From an uncultured Gammaproteobacteria bacterium (GTDB lineage Bacteria > Patescibacteriota > Microgenomatia > Levybacterales > GWA1-39-11), in contig CAZIAP010000002.1 of assembly GCA_964537315.1 (NCBI GenBank), positions 107,237 to 171,236 of the forward strand: a DNA stretch of 64,000 nucleotides, read 5' to 3'. Positions 10,130 to 20,629 of this stretch are shown here, piece after piece. Below the pieces are notes generated by a model, which worked only from the letters and a program-made list of their open reading frames with translations, did no database searches and had not been told where the DNA came from. A program made the translations under genes and the position numbers. Positions within the stretch are counted from its first letter, which is position 1. Every line of letters starts with the position of its first letter.

Positions 10130-10810
10130 ATGAAAAACCTAATTGCTGCGAATTGGAAATCTAATAAAAGCTTACAAGAAGTAAAAGATTTCTTCGAAAA
10201 TCTTTCGGATAGATCTGAACAGTTAAGTGTCTCTAATACGGAAGTTCTTATTTGTCCGTCATTTCCTTTTCTCGAGGTAAGTAGGCAGATCATTAATGAC
10301 AAGAAACTCTCTGTTTTACTAGGTGCGCAGAACATCTCACCTTTTTCTCAAGGTGCGTATACAGGAGAGGTTGCAGCGAGCCAAGTAAGTGAACTTTTGG
10401 ATTTTGTCATAATCGGACATTCAGAAAGGCGTAGGTATTTTAAAGAAGATGAGGAGTTAATATCCAAGAAAGTGCAACAGGCACAGGAAGCCGGTCTTCG
10501 TGTAATACTCTGCGTTCAGGATGAACAGAACATGGTTTATGAAGGGGTGGATACAGTAGCTTACGAACCCATTGAAGCAATTGGAACAGGGCGTCCTGAT
10601 GAACCTGATCATGTAGCACAAGTACTGAGCCACATACACAATCAATATCCTTCAGTAAGACTACTTTACGGAGGAAGCGTTGATAAAAATTCTATTCATA
10701 ATTATACTAACATTCCTCTCATAAACGGCTTTCTAGTAGGAGGGGCAAGTTTAGAAGCTGAATCATTTCTTCATCTAATTAAAGCATGCGACACAAAAAA
10801 CTCTCAATAG
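10130..10810 (+). CDS. tpiA: Triosephosphate isomerase (compact form)
   Basis: ANWKSN, GAYTGEV, IGHSERR, AYEP, LYGGSV, LVGGASL. Confidence 0.95.
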   Translation: MKNLIAANWKSNKSLQEVKDFFENLSDRSEQLSVSNTEVLICPSFPFLEVSRQIINDKKLSVLLGAQNISPFSQGAYTGEVAASQVSELLDFVIIGHSERRRYFKEDEELISKKVQQAQEAGLRVILCVQDEQNMVYEGVDTVAYEPIEAIGTGRPDEPDHVAQVLSHIHNQYPSVRLLYGGSVDKNSIHNYTNIPLINGFLVGGASLEAESFLHLIKACDTKNSQ

Positions 10811-11913
10811 CGGCAATCATTTTAGTCATAATTTTACTGCTCGGATTTCAGTATCTACGCATTGCAATCCCATTCTTATATGAACTATTCATAAAAAAAG
10901 ATATTGAGCTTGTCCAAGAAAAAGAAGAGTCGTTAAATATTTTACTTCTGGGTATTGGGGGTGGTACTCATGAAGGGCCTGAGCTTACTGATACCATAAT
11001 CCTTGCTAATATAAATCCAACAAAGAATGAAGTTAGTATGTTCTCTCTTCCTCGGGACTTATGGGTTCCGGAGCTGAAAGACCGAATTAACTCCGCATAT
11101 GCGATTGGGCAAAGTAAAGATAAAAAAGGCATGATATTGGCAAAAGCAGTTGTAGAAAAAGTGACCGGTCATCATGTTGATTACGTCTTTGTAATTGATT
11201 TTGCAGGATTTGTAAAAGGTGTAGATCATCTTGGTGGTATAGAAGTTGATGTTAAAAGAGCTTTTGATGATTATGAGTATCCTATTTCTGGAAAAGAGAA
11301 TGATCTTTGCGGATTAACAGAAGAAGATCTGGAGCAATTAGTCTCTACAGCTGAGGCAGAGTTAGGTGTTGATATTTTTCCTTGTAGATATAAACACCTC
11401 TCTTTTAAAAAAGGATTACAAGAAATGGACGGTAAAACAGCTTTAGAGTTTGTACGTTCGCGACATGCTACGGGTAATGAAGGATCTGATTTTGCCAGAT
11501 CTATGAGACAACAAGAAGTAATCGCTGCACTTCGCAATAAAATGCTTTCTTTAGGAATTTTATTAAACCCTGTTAAAGTTTTTGGCCTGATTAATATCGT
11601 GCAGGAACACACAAACACAGATATTAAAAAAGAAGAATATGATGACTTTATTAAACTAGCACGAAAATTTGAGAATGCTCAAGTGAAGAGTCATATTATT
11701 ACAATGACTGATGAGGCTTCTGAAAAATATGGATTATTGATTAATCCTCCTATTTCACAGGAGTATGGGTATAAATGGGTTTTAATTCCTAGAAAAGGAA
11801 ACGGAGAGTTTTCAGAGATTAAGGAATATATTGACTGTGTTGAAAATGGTAATTTGTGTGAAATTACAGCAAATGGGATAATAGTTGCTTCCGAAATTGA
11901 GAAAAATAATTAG
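10786..11913 (+). CDS. LytR-CpsA-Psr (LCP) family glycopolymer transferase
   Basis: N-terminal TM; NILLLG, TDTI, SLPRDL, ALEFVRSR, SDFARSMRQQ. Confidence 0.92.
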   Translation: MRHKKLSIAAIILVIILLLGFQYLRIAIPFLYELFIKKDIELVQEKEESLNILLLGIGGGTHEGPELTDTIILANINPTKNEVSMFSLPRDLWVPELKDRINSAYAIGQSKDKKGMILAKAVVEKVTGHHVDYVFVIDFAGFVKGVDHLGGIEVDVKRAFDDYEYPISGKENDLCGLTEEDLEQLVSTAEAELGVDIFPCRYKHLSFKKGLQEMDGKTALEFVRSRHATGNEGSDFARSMRQQEVIAALRNKMLSLGILLNPVKVFGLINIVQEHTNTDIKKEEYDDFIKLARKFENAQVKSHIITMTDEASEKYGLLINPPISQEYGYKWVLIPRKGNGEFSEIKEYIDCVENGNLCEITANGIIVASEIEKNN

Positions 11914-14042
11914 TTTCTACGTACTTTAATTATAGTTACTTCATCATTTTGATAAACAATATTTCCAAGTGCTCTAAATTTATCTATCTTAATTTCAGGG
12001 TAATGTTCCCGCTCAAGGTTGCCAATATATATATACTCTACGTCATATTTTTCGATTAGTTGTCTTGTTTCTGGAAAAGATGGTGATTCGTATAATAGCT
12101 TTACATCGCTAACACGAGGAGCTGGAACGTCATAACTTCCGCGCCACAACCATTCATGAACTGTCCATCCTAATACTGTAGGAAGACCAGTATTTGAAGA
12201 TATTCTTGCATGGTCTGTATAGGAATCTCCTTGTGATTCAAGTATAACCGGCTGACCGACTATGTTTTTATTAATCCATTGAATAGCTTGATAATCAGAG
12301 GGATAGCGATCTTTTAGGTAAGCTGTTCCATCAATGCCCCGATATTCAGTTAAATCATTGTAGTATGAATACACTGCAAAACGCGGGTAAATTAATACTA
12401 AAGTTACAAGCGCAAACGAGATGACTGTAAGGACAATTTTTTTACGTGGTAGTATAACAGTCGCAATCACTATGGCACTGACTAACGATAGCATGATAAA
12501 TGCCTGGTATGTAAGCTTAAACATGGTGTTTGCTCTGTAGTGATCCGGATAGATGTCTTTTACATAAACAAACTCGGGAATTATAATTAAAAAAGTTGAG
12601 ACTATAGCTAAAATTACAGAAAAGATATAAGGTATATGTACTCGCGCTGATACACGTCTCCATAAAAAGATAAAAAGAATTGTTACAAAAAAGTAGAAAA
12701 ATCCATATAGTACAAGCAACATCCACCACTCAGATCTCTGACAGTGATCTGGCTCGAATAGAAATGGTCCCAGCTTTCCAATATTAGTTAAAAACTCGGG
12801 TGAGCAAAGTACTCCAATATCTGAAGCAAAAGGCTTAAAGTTTATGCTAAATGGGAGAGTGAATAATGCAGCACTAGCAAGAACAGTCACAAAAGTTTTT
12901 GAACCTTCTAGCAAAAATTGTTGAAGAGGGAATGCTCTCCTCTTGTTTCCTTTCTTTTTATCTGGAAGATTTTTGCGAATAAGAATATATCCAATAACGG
13001 CGAAAGAAAGTAAAAAATATATGCCTGTATCCAGTACATTCGTCATATACATTACAGCTAGGATAAATCCTAGTAGAAGATTTCTTAGGAGTGTAAGTTT
13101 TTGTGTATATAAAAGCGTGTATAAAAATGCAATACAGAGAAGAACGATTGGTATATCGAGTACATGACCGTGAAGGTCTGAAACGACAAAAGAGTAAATT
13201 GGGAACTCATGAATAGTATTGGGAATAAAACGTGTAGCGTTTGGATACCAGTACCCATTTGTAAAAAGTGAGAGGGGTTGAAATGCAAGCTGCCAGAAAG
13301 GAACGGGGTCTTCAGGTGGAGTGTATGCTGTAAAAAACGCATATATAACATGCAAGTTGCCTGCAAGACTTACTAATACAGCTGATAATAGTCCTGTAAC
13401 TATACTTTTTCGTGTAGAAAACTTAAGGTGACTTGCAATAGTATGTCCAATAGAAAAACTTGTAGTCATGGCAAATGCAAATATTGCTGCAATCATCATA
13501 TTGTAAGTATAGTTCGATGGAACAAACGAAAGTTTAGTGAGTACTGCTGTTACCAGGTGTCCAAAATAATAATAGTTTATTGAAAACGGAGGGAACCACA
13601 TATCAAGTGGAGGAAAAAACTTGGTTCTAAGTATTGAGTTTACAAAACCGAAGTCCATGAATTTTTCTAGTCCATTAATGCTTGGTTCGTGCCCTCTTAC
13701 ATACGTCCATGCAGCAAGAGACAGTAAGAATAATATCTCTTCTATTATCCAGACAATTAAAGTATTGTGGGTGATTTTTAGCTTGTATTTCCTTATAACT
13801 ACGATATTTATTACTGCAAGAAGTACTATAATTGCGAGTAACGATGGTATTGTAAATGGAAGAAGCTGTATGGTTCCAAATACAAACATAAGATAAGAAA
13901 TTGTGATTGCTGCTATAATTTTTGAAAAGATGTACCCTTTATCTATAAAAGAAGAAAAGATGAGAGAAGAAATCGGAAGAGTTATTAAACCGATTAAAAA
14001 AAATATTCCGTACCACTGTAAGAAGGCTATAATATCTACCAT
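11910..14042 (-). CDS. DUF2298 / YYY-motif membrane protein (putative GT-C glycosyltransferase)
   Basis: EKFMDFGF, INYYYFG, TIHEFP..SF..SDLHGH, NTMFKL, TGLPTVLGW..HE..WR. Confidence 0.8.
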   Translation of the reverse strand: MVDIIAFLQWYGIFFLIGLITLPISSLIFSSFIDKGYIFSKIIAAITISYLMFVFGTIQLLPFTIPSLLAIIVLLAVINIVVIRKYKLKITHNTLIVWIIEEILFLLSLAAWTYVRGHEPSINGLEKFMDFGFVNSILRTKFFPPLDMWFPPFSINYYYFGHLVTAVLTKLSFVPSNYTYNMMIAAIFAFAMTTSFSIGHTIASHLKFSTRKSIVTGLLSAVLVSLAGNLHVIYAFFTAYTPPEDPVPFWQLAFQPLSLFTNGYWYPNATRFIPNTIHEFPIYSFVVSDLHGHVLDIPIVLLCIAFLYTLLYTQKLTLLRNLLLGFILAVMYMTNVLDTGIYFLLSFAVIGYILIRKNLPDKKKGNKRRAFPLQQFLLEGSKTFVTVLASAALFTLPFSINFKPFASDIGVLCSPEFLTNIGKLGPFLFEPDHCQRSEWWMLLVLYGFFYFFVTILFIFLWRRVSARVHIPYIFSVILAIVSTFLIIIPEFVYVKDIYPDHYRANTMFKLTYQAFIMLSLVSAIVIATVILPRKKIVLTVISFALVTLVLIYPRFAVYSYYNDLTEYRGIDGTAYLKDRYPSDYQAIQWINKNIVGQPVILESQGDSYTDHARISSNTGLPTVLGWTVHEWLWRGSYDVPAPRVSDVKLLYESPSFPETRQLIEKYDVEYIYIGNLEREHYPEIKIDKFRALGNIVYQNDEVTIIKVRRN

Positions 14043-14620
14043 AGATTTTTAAGATCAGAAGCATTATTGATTTTTTTTATATTCTCAAATGGTACATACC
14101 GTTTTGAAACTTTGCTTGTATCGACCCAGAAAAATTTAATTTTAGGATTGTTTTTTGCAAGGTACATTAAAAGATCAAGATCATCATCAACGAAGTGTGT
14201 AATATTTAATTTTTTCATTAATCGATCCTTAAATAAGTGAGGTTGTTCATTTTGAAAATTAAAATGAATTTCTTGGAAATACTTTTCAAGATCATGTTTT
14301 TTTATCCAGTGTTTGGTACGTTTTTCCAAAAATCCAAATCTTCCTGAAACTAAAAATACTGGAATTTTCTTTTTTGACAGTTTTTTAACTACATCTAAGT
14401 TTTCGGTGATTGGATGTCTAAATAATGGAAAGTGAGATAAAATTCTTATCTTTTGCTCTATTTTTCCCGGAAATCGGTAAGTGAGAGTTTTACTACGTTT
14501 TTTATAAATCCAGTTAATAAACTGATCCGGAATTAGAGGAGGATAATGTACTAAAACTTTATCAAAATCAAACCCTATATGAACATCTGGTTGCTTTTGT
14601 TTTGTTTTTTTTGCTTTCAT
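14036..14620 (-). CDS. HAD-superfamily phosphatase-like protein
   Basis: IGFDFDKV (motif I DxD), VSGR (motif II), FK, FVDDD (motif IV). Confidence 0.7.
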   Translation of the reverse strand: MKAKKTKQKQPDVHIGFDFDKVLVHYPPLIPDQFINWIYKKRSKTLTYRFPGKIEQKIRILSHFPLFRHPITENLDVVKKLSKKKIPVFLVSGRFGFLEKRTKHWIKKHDLEKYFQEIHFNFQNEQPHLFKDRLMKKLNITHFVDDDLDLLMYLAKNNPKIKFFWVDTSKVSKRYVPFENIKKINNASDLKNLW

Positions 14621-15663
14621 ACAAAACGATTCAAGAGATCAAGTAGTTTAAAGTTCCAGATGGTCCTGTGTGTTGTACCCGTATTGCCGATAAACTCTTT
14701 ACGGTGTTTTTTATACCAGTCATAACTTTCGGTTAAAATTTCTTTGTTAGATTTTGTGGGTTTAAAAGATAGATACTTTTTCGCTTTATCAATCGATACA
14801 TATGAATCAACTGGAAGTGTTTTATAGTGCCATGCAACAATTGGAGAAAGATTCATCTTTTCGAGTACTGCTAGAATTGCTTGTGAAGCTTTAACCGGAA
14901 AGCCTACAATTTTTGATTTAGATTTTGCATGTTTTATGAGCGCTCCAAGATCTTCTGCCCATGTATCATATTTATCCGTTCCTACATTAAATATTTCTCC
15001 TGATTTTCTGGATAGAAGCGCTGCTTCAATCGCTTTACATAAGTCGTTTACTTCTAATAATTGATATAAGTTATGTCCTTTTCCAAGCATAAATACCGGT
15101 TTATTTTGATAAATTGCTTCAAACCATAATGTAAAAACACCTAATCTTTCAGGGCCTAAAAATGTTTTAGGACGAAGAACATTAACTTTTAAACCTTTTT
15201 TGTGATATTTCAAACAAAGATTTTCTCCAAATTGTTTGGATTCTCCATAATGTCCGATTGGAGCAATAGGATCTGTTTCTCTTTCCGGTAAATGTTTAGG
15301 AACACCATATAGAGCAGTGCTGGAAATAAATACAACGCGTTTAACTTTTGACTTAAGTGAAGCATCAAGTACATTTTTTGTGCCAGTGACATTAACATCC
15401 ATGATAGTTTTGCGATCATGCTGAATAGGAAGTGCTGCCGCTGCATGTACCACATATTGGGGTCGATATTTTTTGAAAATTTCTAAAAGCTTTTTTTTAT
15501 TACGTATATCAGCATGTTCTACTAATACTTTTTTTTGTAAATCTACTGCTGTTAATTCTGCAACGTCAAGAAGAACTACCTTATATTTATTTTTAACAAA
15601 ATGGCGTGCGAGGTAAACACCGAGAAATCCTGTGCCACCAGTAATTAAGACCGTCTTGTTCAT
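14617..15663 (-). CDS. NAD-dependent epimerase/dehydratase (extended SDR)
   Basis: ITGGTGFLG, HAAA, ISSTALYG, YGESK (YxxxK). Confidence 0.9.
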   Translation of the reverse strand: MNKTVLITGGTGFLGVYLARHFVKNKYKVVLLDVAELTAVDLQKKVLVEHADIRNKKKLLEIFKKYRPQYVVHAAAALPIQHDRKTIMDVNVTGTKNVLDASLKSKVKRVVFISSTALYGVPKHLPERETDPIAPIGHYGESKQFGENLCLKYHKKGLKVNVLRPKTFLGPERLGVFTLWFEAIYQNKPVFMLGKGHNLYQLLEVNDLCKAIEAALLSRKSGEIFNVGTDKYDTWAEDLGALIKHAKSKSKIVGFPVKASQAILAVLEKMNLSPIVAWHYKTLPVDSYVSIDKAKKYLSFKPTKSNKEILTESYDWYKKHRKEFIGNTGTTHRTIWNFKLLDLLNRFV

Positions 15664-15704
15664 ACAAGCTATTGTACATATTTAATTCGAAAATAACAAT
15701 AATT

Positions 15705-17234
15705 TTATTGAGATATGGAAACAAAGATTGAGGTTTTAGTACACCCCACACAAGGAATACCAGAATGAAAATTTACAATGCTATGTGTAGCTTTTGGAAG
15801 TATTTCTTTTTCAATAAAATACAGAGTGCTTGATTTCTGTGTTGAATCTATAGGAATAATAAGTGTAGTGTTGGGTGTCTGAAGTACTTGGAGTAACTGG
15901 GACAAATTCAAATCAGACACTTTCGTTTTTTTATATGTTAATGAGTGGATCACGGGATGGGCAGAGTAAGTATGAGGAGTGGCAAGTAAATATACTTTAC
16001 CAGAAAGTGTAGACGCATACGCTCCAATACTTCCATTAGGTTCTATCCAGTTATAGTATGCGCGGTTATTAACAGAGTAATCGTAAAAATACAGTTTCAG
16101 GTTTAATAGTGCAATCGCACACACTACTACTACTTGAAAAATAAGTGCCTGCTTACTAGATTTCAAAAAACTTGTAAGGAATAGAGAAATTCCAATAAGT
16201 ACGAAAGGTATACAAAGAATAAGTCGGGTAGATAAAGGTGGAGACTCCGTGAATGAAACAAGAAATACAACTCCAAAAATGCAAAGTAATATAAAAAGTG
16301 TAATTTTATTTATAGTTCTTTTGATAATTCCAACAGTGCAATACACAATAAATAGTATAAAAACAGTCGATGAAAGAGGATCAAGCAACGGTGAGTTACC
16401 ATATTGATTACTGTTATCTTTCAAAGTAAAAAATCCAATAAAATTTTCTTTAAACTGCAGGAATAAAATTTTTATCATTGAGGTTGTTCCCCATTTATCA
16501 AAAAAAATTTGAGAATTAGAAAAAACTGTTACTTGTGCTTCACGTTCTAAAAAATTACTATTGGGTTGAATTATATAAATGACTAATGGAAAGCAAATAA
16601 TTGCAGCTCCTACAAAAAATGCTAAGTAGTGCTTCCATTTATCCTTGTTCCAGTAAAGCGTAAGAAAGAGAATTGTTATAGGAAGAATAATTTTTGCTCC
16701 GGTATAAGAGTAAAACGAAAGAGCTGCAAATGCTCCTGAAAAAATGGGGAAAATTAAGTTATCTTTATCCTTGATTTTATTTGCAATATACAATGAAGCA
16801 GTTATAAAAAACACTGCTTGAATATTAGGAAAATTTGTTCGGGAATATGCTAGGAGCACGTGAGAAGACCCCGCAAGAACCGCAGCAATGATACCTGTTC
16901 TTTGGTTAAAGAGATCTTTAACTAGAAGGTAAATAAATATAACAGAAAATGAGCCAAATATTACAGATTGCAACCTAATTATTCCTGGCTCTGTTCCAAA
17001 TAAATAAAGAAATATTGCTGTTAAAATATTTCCGATTACAGTAATGCTGTAGAAGGTTTCGAAAGGGTGCTGTGTTTGTTCAATTAACGAAATTGCAGCG
17101 GATGTCATTAATCCTTCATCGATATGTAGGGGTGCGGGATAACTATCAAGGAAAAGAGCTCGAGCTAGCGTAGAAAAAAATATTATTATAATGATTACGC
17201 TATTTCTCTTGAATTGTTTTTTTAAATTTTTCAC
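15705..17234 (-). CDS. ArnT/PMT-like GT-C glycosyltransferase
   Basis: 'P.LHIDE' first-loop DE motif, many TM helices, SFYSY. Confidence 0.8.
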   Translation of the reverse strand: MKNLKKQFKRNSVIIIIIFFSTLARALFLDSYPAPLHIDEGLMTSAAISLIEQTQHPFETFYSITVIGNILTAIFLYLFGTEPGIIRLQSVIFGSFSVIFIYLLVKDLFNQRTGIIAAVLAGSSHVLLAYSRTNFPNIQAVFFITASLYIANKIKDKDNLIFPIFSGAFAALSFYSYTGAKIILPITILFLTLYWNKDKWKHYLAFFVGAAIICFPLVIYIIQPNSNFLEREAQVTVFSNSQIFFDKWGTTSMIKILFLQFKENFIGFFTLKDNSNQYGNSPLLDPLSSTVFILFIVYCTVGIIKRTINKITLFILLCIFGVVFLVSFTESPPLSTRLILCIPFVLIGISLFLTSFLKSSKQALIFQVVVVCAIALLNLKLYFYDYSVNNRAYYNWIEPNGSIGAYASTLSGKVYLLATPHTYSAHPVIHSLTYKKTKVSDLNLSQLLQVLQTPNTTLIIPIDSTQKSSTLYFIEKEILPKATHSIVNFHSGIPCVGCTKTSIFVSISQ

Positions 17235-18928
17235 TGTTTTTTAAATATTAAGACTTTTGGATGATCATAGACGGAAAATGACTCATCTGCAGATTGATCA
17301 TTAATTTGAATATTTGTCAAAGGAATTGTGGGATAGTTTGTAAACTCGGCAACCTTAGTAAACCCAAGTTCACCGGAGAAAAGGAGCTGATAGTAAGCCG
17401 CGGTTTGTTTATAGCATCGTCCTTCCGGTAATTCTTCACAGTTGGTTAGTTTTTGAAGAGGTATATAAAGACGATTTGAAGCGAGGACGATATAGTCAGT
17501 GTTTTGTAATTTTTCCTCCATGAGCAGCCATTTTTCCGGCGTGTCATGGTCATATAGCGGGTACTCAATATGTACGTATCTTTCTCCTCCGTATAGTGGT
17601 AAATGATCATCCCAGTGCTCTACTCCGAGGGTACTTCCGGAGGGAACATTTTTGTGTATCCATTCAGACGCATTAATGCGAGGATGAGTTTGTGTATAAA
17701 TCTTCATAAATGACATTGGCCAGATCAAAATGGCTAAGATAGTCAGGATTAATATGGGAATTTTTATGGATAGATAACGAAGTTTTTTTAGTACTTTTAT
17801 TCCCACAATGAGAATTGAAAGTGATGTAAATAACGCAAAGTAAGGATAAAGTGGAAGCATGTATCGCATCCAACCCACAGCAAATCCTCCGACAAGCGCA
17901 AAGTACGTGAGACAAAAAATCAACAAACTTACGAGAACAATTGATACAGGCTTGTTTTTTCTATTAATAACTAGCCTTACCGCAACACCCAAACCGCAAG
18001 CAGACAGTATGCTTTGTACTGGTCCTAAACCCCAAAAAAATATATTTTCTAGTTCGTAAATATAAGGGAGCTTTCCGACATACTGCAGAGTATATGGAAA
18101 AGTAAATGCACTTTTAGTCATTTCGGATTGTAACGTCGTATCACGAATAAAAGATTGAAAATCAATGAACACGTACGGCTGACAAATAAACGCTGTAATT
18201 ACTGTTACTACAGTTAAGACTACAAGTTGTAATCCTAAAGAGATAACATGCTGCAGAGTAAAAACTTTTTTTAGTTCTTTAATTTTCAGAGAAGAAGCCG
18301 AACCTAAAGATAACAAAATTAAAATCGGTAGAATGATTGGAAATGCACTTATTTTAGTAGATAGCGCAAGACCAAAACTAATGGCTGTAAACACTAGGTA
18401 CCTCATTTTTTTTGTAAGGTAAAATCTTACCCCAAAGTAAAAAGCAGCTGTCATAAAAAAAGTAAGTAGTATATCAACAGCATAAAAATGAGATGCCTGG
18501 ATAGGGAAGACACTTATTCCGTAAATGGCTGCGCTTAAAAATCCAACAGATTTAGAATGTATAAGTCTTCCAATTAGAAAAATAAAAATTAATGTACCTA
18601 TATCAGCAGTTGCTGATATAAATCTCCCAACTATCAGCTGGTTTGCAAAACTTGACCAATCCAAATCTATAGTTTTTGCAATTTCACCTAAAATCTTTAA
18701 AAGGTATAACGGTAAACTGCCATATGCAAAAAAATCGGGATTTAGGGGGCTGTCAGCAGAGAAAAACTGAGAAACTGATGTGGGAAAAGAAATATTACCT
18801 ACGAACATGACTATTGCTCGTTCATCAGGGTGAAGACTGAAACCTTGATCCCAATGAATAGAAAACGTACGAAGTATAAATGCGATTATGCAGATACCAA
18901 ATAACAGTAATATATGTTTGTTAGTCAT
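17231..18928 (-). CDS. ArnT/PMT-like GT-C glycosyltransferase
   Basis: HPDERAI, LNPDFFAYGSLPLY, ALSTK, RYMLP; start at 18928 overlaps the upstream stop. Confidence 0.82.
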   Translation of the reverse strand: MTNKHILLLFGICIIAFILRTFSIHWDQGFSLHPDERAIVMFVGNISFPTSVSQFFSADSPLNPDFFAYGSLPLYLLKILGEIAKTIDLDWSSFANQLIVGRFISATADIGTLIFIFLIGRLIHSKSVGFLSAAIYGISVFPIQASHFYAVDILLTFFMTAAFYFGVRFYLTKKMRYLVFTAISFGLALSTKISAFPIILPILILLSLGSASSLKIKELKKVFTLQHVISLGLQLVVLTVVTVITAFICQPYVFIDFQSFIRDTTLQSEMTKSAFTFPYTLQYVGKLPYIYELENIFFWGLGPVQSILSACGLGVAVRLVINRKNKPVSIVLVSLLIFCLTYFALVGGFAVGWMRYMLPLYPYFALFTSLSILIVGIKVLKKLRYLSIKIPILILTILAILIWPMSFMKIYTQTHPRINASEWIHKNVPSGSTLGVEHWDDHLPLYGGERYVHIEYPLYDHDTPEKWLLMEEKLQNTDYIVLASNRLYIPLQKLTNCEELPEGRCYKQTAAYYQLLFSGELGFTKVAEFTNYPTIPLTNIQINDQSADESFSVYDHPKVLIFKKQ

Positions 18929-20600
18929 GATTAATTCTATAAATAAACAAAGTTGGTCTGTCAAAAACATTTGCTGTATCCTCTACCCCATATACCGGAT
19001 CTCCGAGGTAAAGTAGTGTACACATCACATCACAGTCGGTTTTATAAATTAAGTTATATTGCTTGCTTGAGTTAAGAGATTCATATAATCGATTTCCTAA
19101 AGGGAAAGCTTGTGGGTTCTCTATACGGGATTTTATAATTCTCTGGCTTGGCAAGATTATAACGTCATTAGTAGATAACTTGGAGGGTAGATCGGCTAGA
19201 AGATTTGGATCGTGTTCAAGATCATAAAAGTTGAAGAGGGTGATATTAGAGAAGTGGTTGTTAAAAGGCAGTATTCCCAGATCGTATACTTCAGATAATA
19301 TATGTGTGTCGTCTGGAAACGTATTTTTTAAATGCTCTGCAGCTTCGATTCTTGTGTCAGGAGAATAGTAAACTGTTTTTATAAGTGCAGCAGACCAAAC
19401 TACGCTGCTGAAAATGCATAAGATACTTACGAAAGATATTGTTGCTCTAGTCTTTTTTTTAAAATTAACAGGTAGATTATTAAACAATAAAGATAGTGAT
19501 AGAGTCACTCCAAGATATATAAACGGAAGTGTAGGTACCATGTAGCGGGTCCATTTTACAAAAAAGACAAGCTGTGGGATAAGCAAAAACATAAAAAATA
19601 TAACAAAAAATAGATGAAGAACCTGCTTTTTTTGAAATACATGTATTATCAACAATATAAAGGCTGGCAAAGAAATGATTGCCATAATAGGATTTAGAAG
19701 AAACGGAAAGACATATAAGCTCTGATATAAACCTGGTACTGTATCGATGAATGAACCAGTATAAAAAACAGGGAGTGTCCCTAACGCAACAGATGATTCG
19801 TATTGCATGGAATTTCGGAAAGAGTTCCAGTCAAGAAAAGCAAATGGATTAGTAAGTACAAAAATTCCCATACTGATGATTGCAAGCAGCATGGTGTTAG
19901 CCGCTAATACTCCTATATACCTAGCTAACTTCTTAAACGAATAAGGTTTATATTTTTTCTTTAGAATGAATACAAGAGCCAGAATGGGTAGAGGAACAAG
20001 CGAAAGGGAAGAAATTTTAATAGAACAAAGTACTCCTAGTGTGACTCCTGCGTATATGAAGTTAGAGTAATTTTTTGTCTTGAGGTATCGAAGAAGAAAG
20101 TATAAAAGCAGCAAAGAAAAAAAAGTCAGATACAATTCAAAAGTACCGAAGTGTGCGTATTGGATAAGCCCTACACTGAAAGTTGCTAGAAAGACAGAGA
20201 ATAATGACCATTTAGGAGAGACAATAGTTCTTGCTGCAAGATATAGTATGATAATCGTTCCCACGGATAGAACTGCAGACAGTACTCTTCCAATAATTAT
20301 TGCTTGTTCAAATGTTACGGTGAATATGTCTCCAGAGTTAAATAACCCTGAAACGCCGTTGAAGATTACTCCTAGCGCATAAACTGTATAGATAGGAAGA
20401 CTGCCATAAGCGAAAAACTTTGGATTGAGCTGCTCTGGAAATTTAAGCTGACTAATTGCTGACGCAATATTTCTTTCGTCGGGATGAAAATAAAACGGTG
20501 CACCCCAGTTTAAATCATAAAATCGAAGTAAAGAAGCTATTATTAATAAAACGAGGAGGATAAGAATTTTGTTTTTAAAGTAAGTAGATAGTAGACTCAT
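18921..20600 (-). CDS. ArnT/PMT-like GT-C glycosyltransferase, paralogue of the neighbouring gene
   Basis: HPDERNI, LNPKFFAYGSLPIY, RYMVP motifs shared with 17231..18928. Confidence 0.82.
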   Translation of the reverse strand: MSLLSTYFKNKILILLVLLIIASLLRFYDLNWGAPFYFHPDERNIASAISQLKFPEQLNPKFFAYGSLPIYTVYALGVIFNGVSGLFNSGDIFTVTFEQAIIIGRVLSAVLSVGTIIILYLAARTIVSPKWSLFSVFLATFSVGLIQYAHFGTFELYLTFFSLLLLYFLLRYLKTKNYSNFIYAGVTLGVLCSIKISSLSLVPLPILALVFILKKKYKPYSFKKLARYIGVLAANTMLLAIISMGIFVLTNPFAFLDWNSFRNSMQYESSVALGTLPVFYTGSFIDTVPGLYQSLYVFPFLLNPIMAIISLPAFILLIIHVFQKKQVLHLFFVIFFMFLLIPQLVFFVKWTRYMVPTLPFIYLGVTLSLSLLFNNLPVNFKKKTRATISFVSILCIFSSVVWSAALIKTVYYSPDTRIEAAEHLKNTFPDDTHILSEVYDLGILPFNNHFSNITLFNFYDLEHDPNLLADLPSKLSTNDVIILPSQRIIKSRIENPQAFPLGNRLYESLNSSKQYNLIYKTDCDVMCTLLYLGDPVYGVEDTANVFDRPTLFIYRINHD

Positions 20601-20629
20601 TCTTGTATTGTAAATGTTTATAAGTCAGA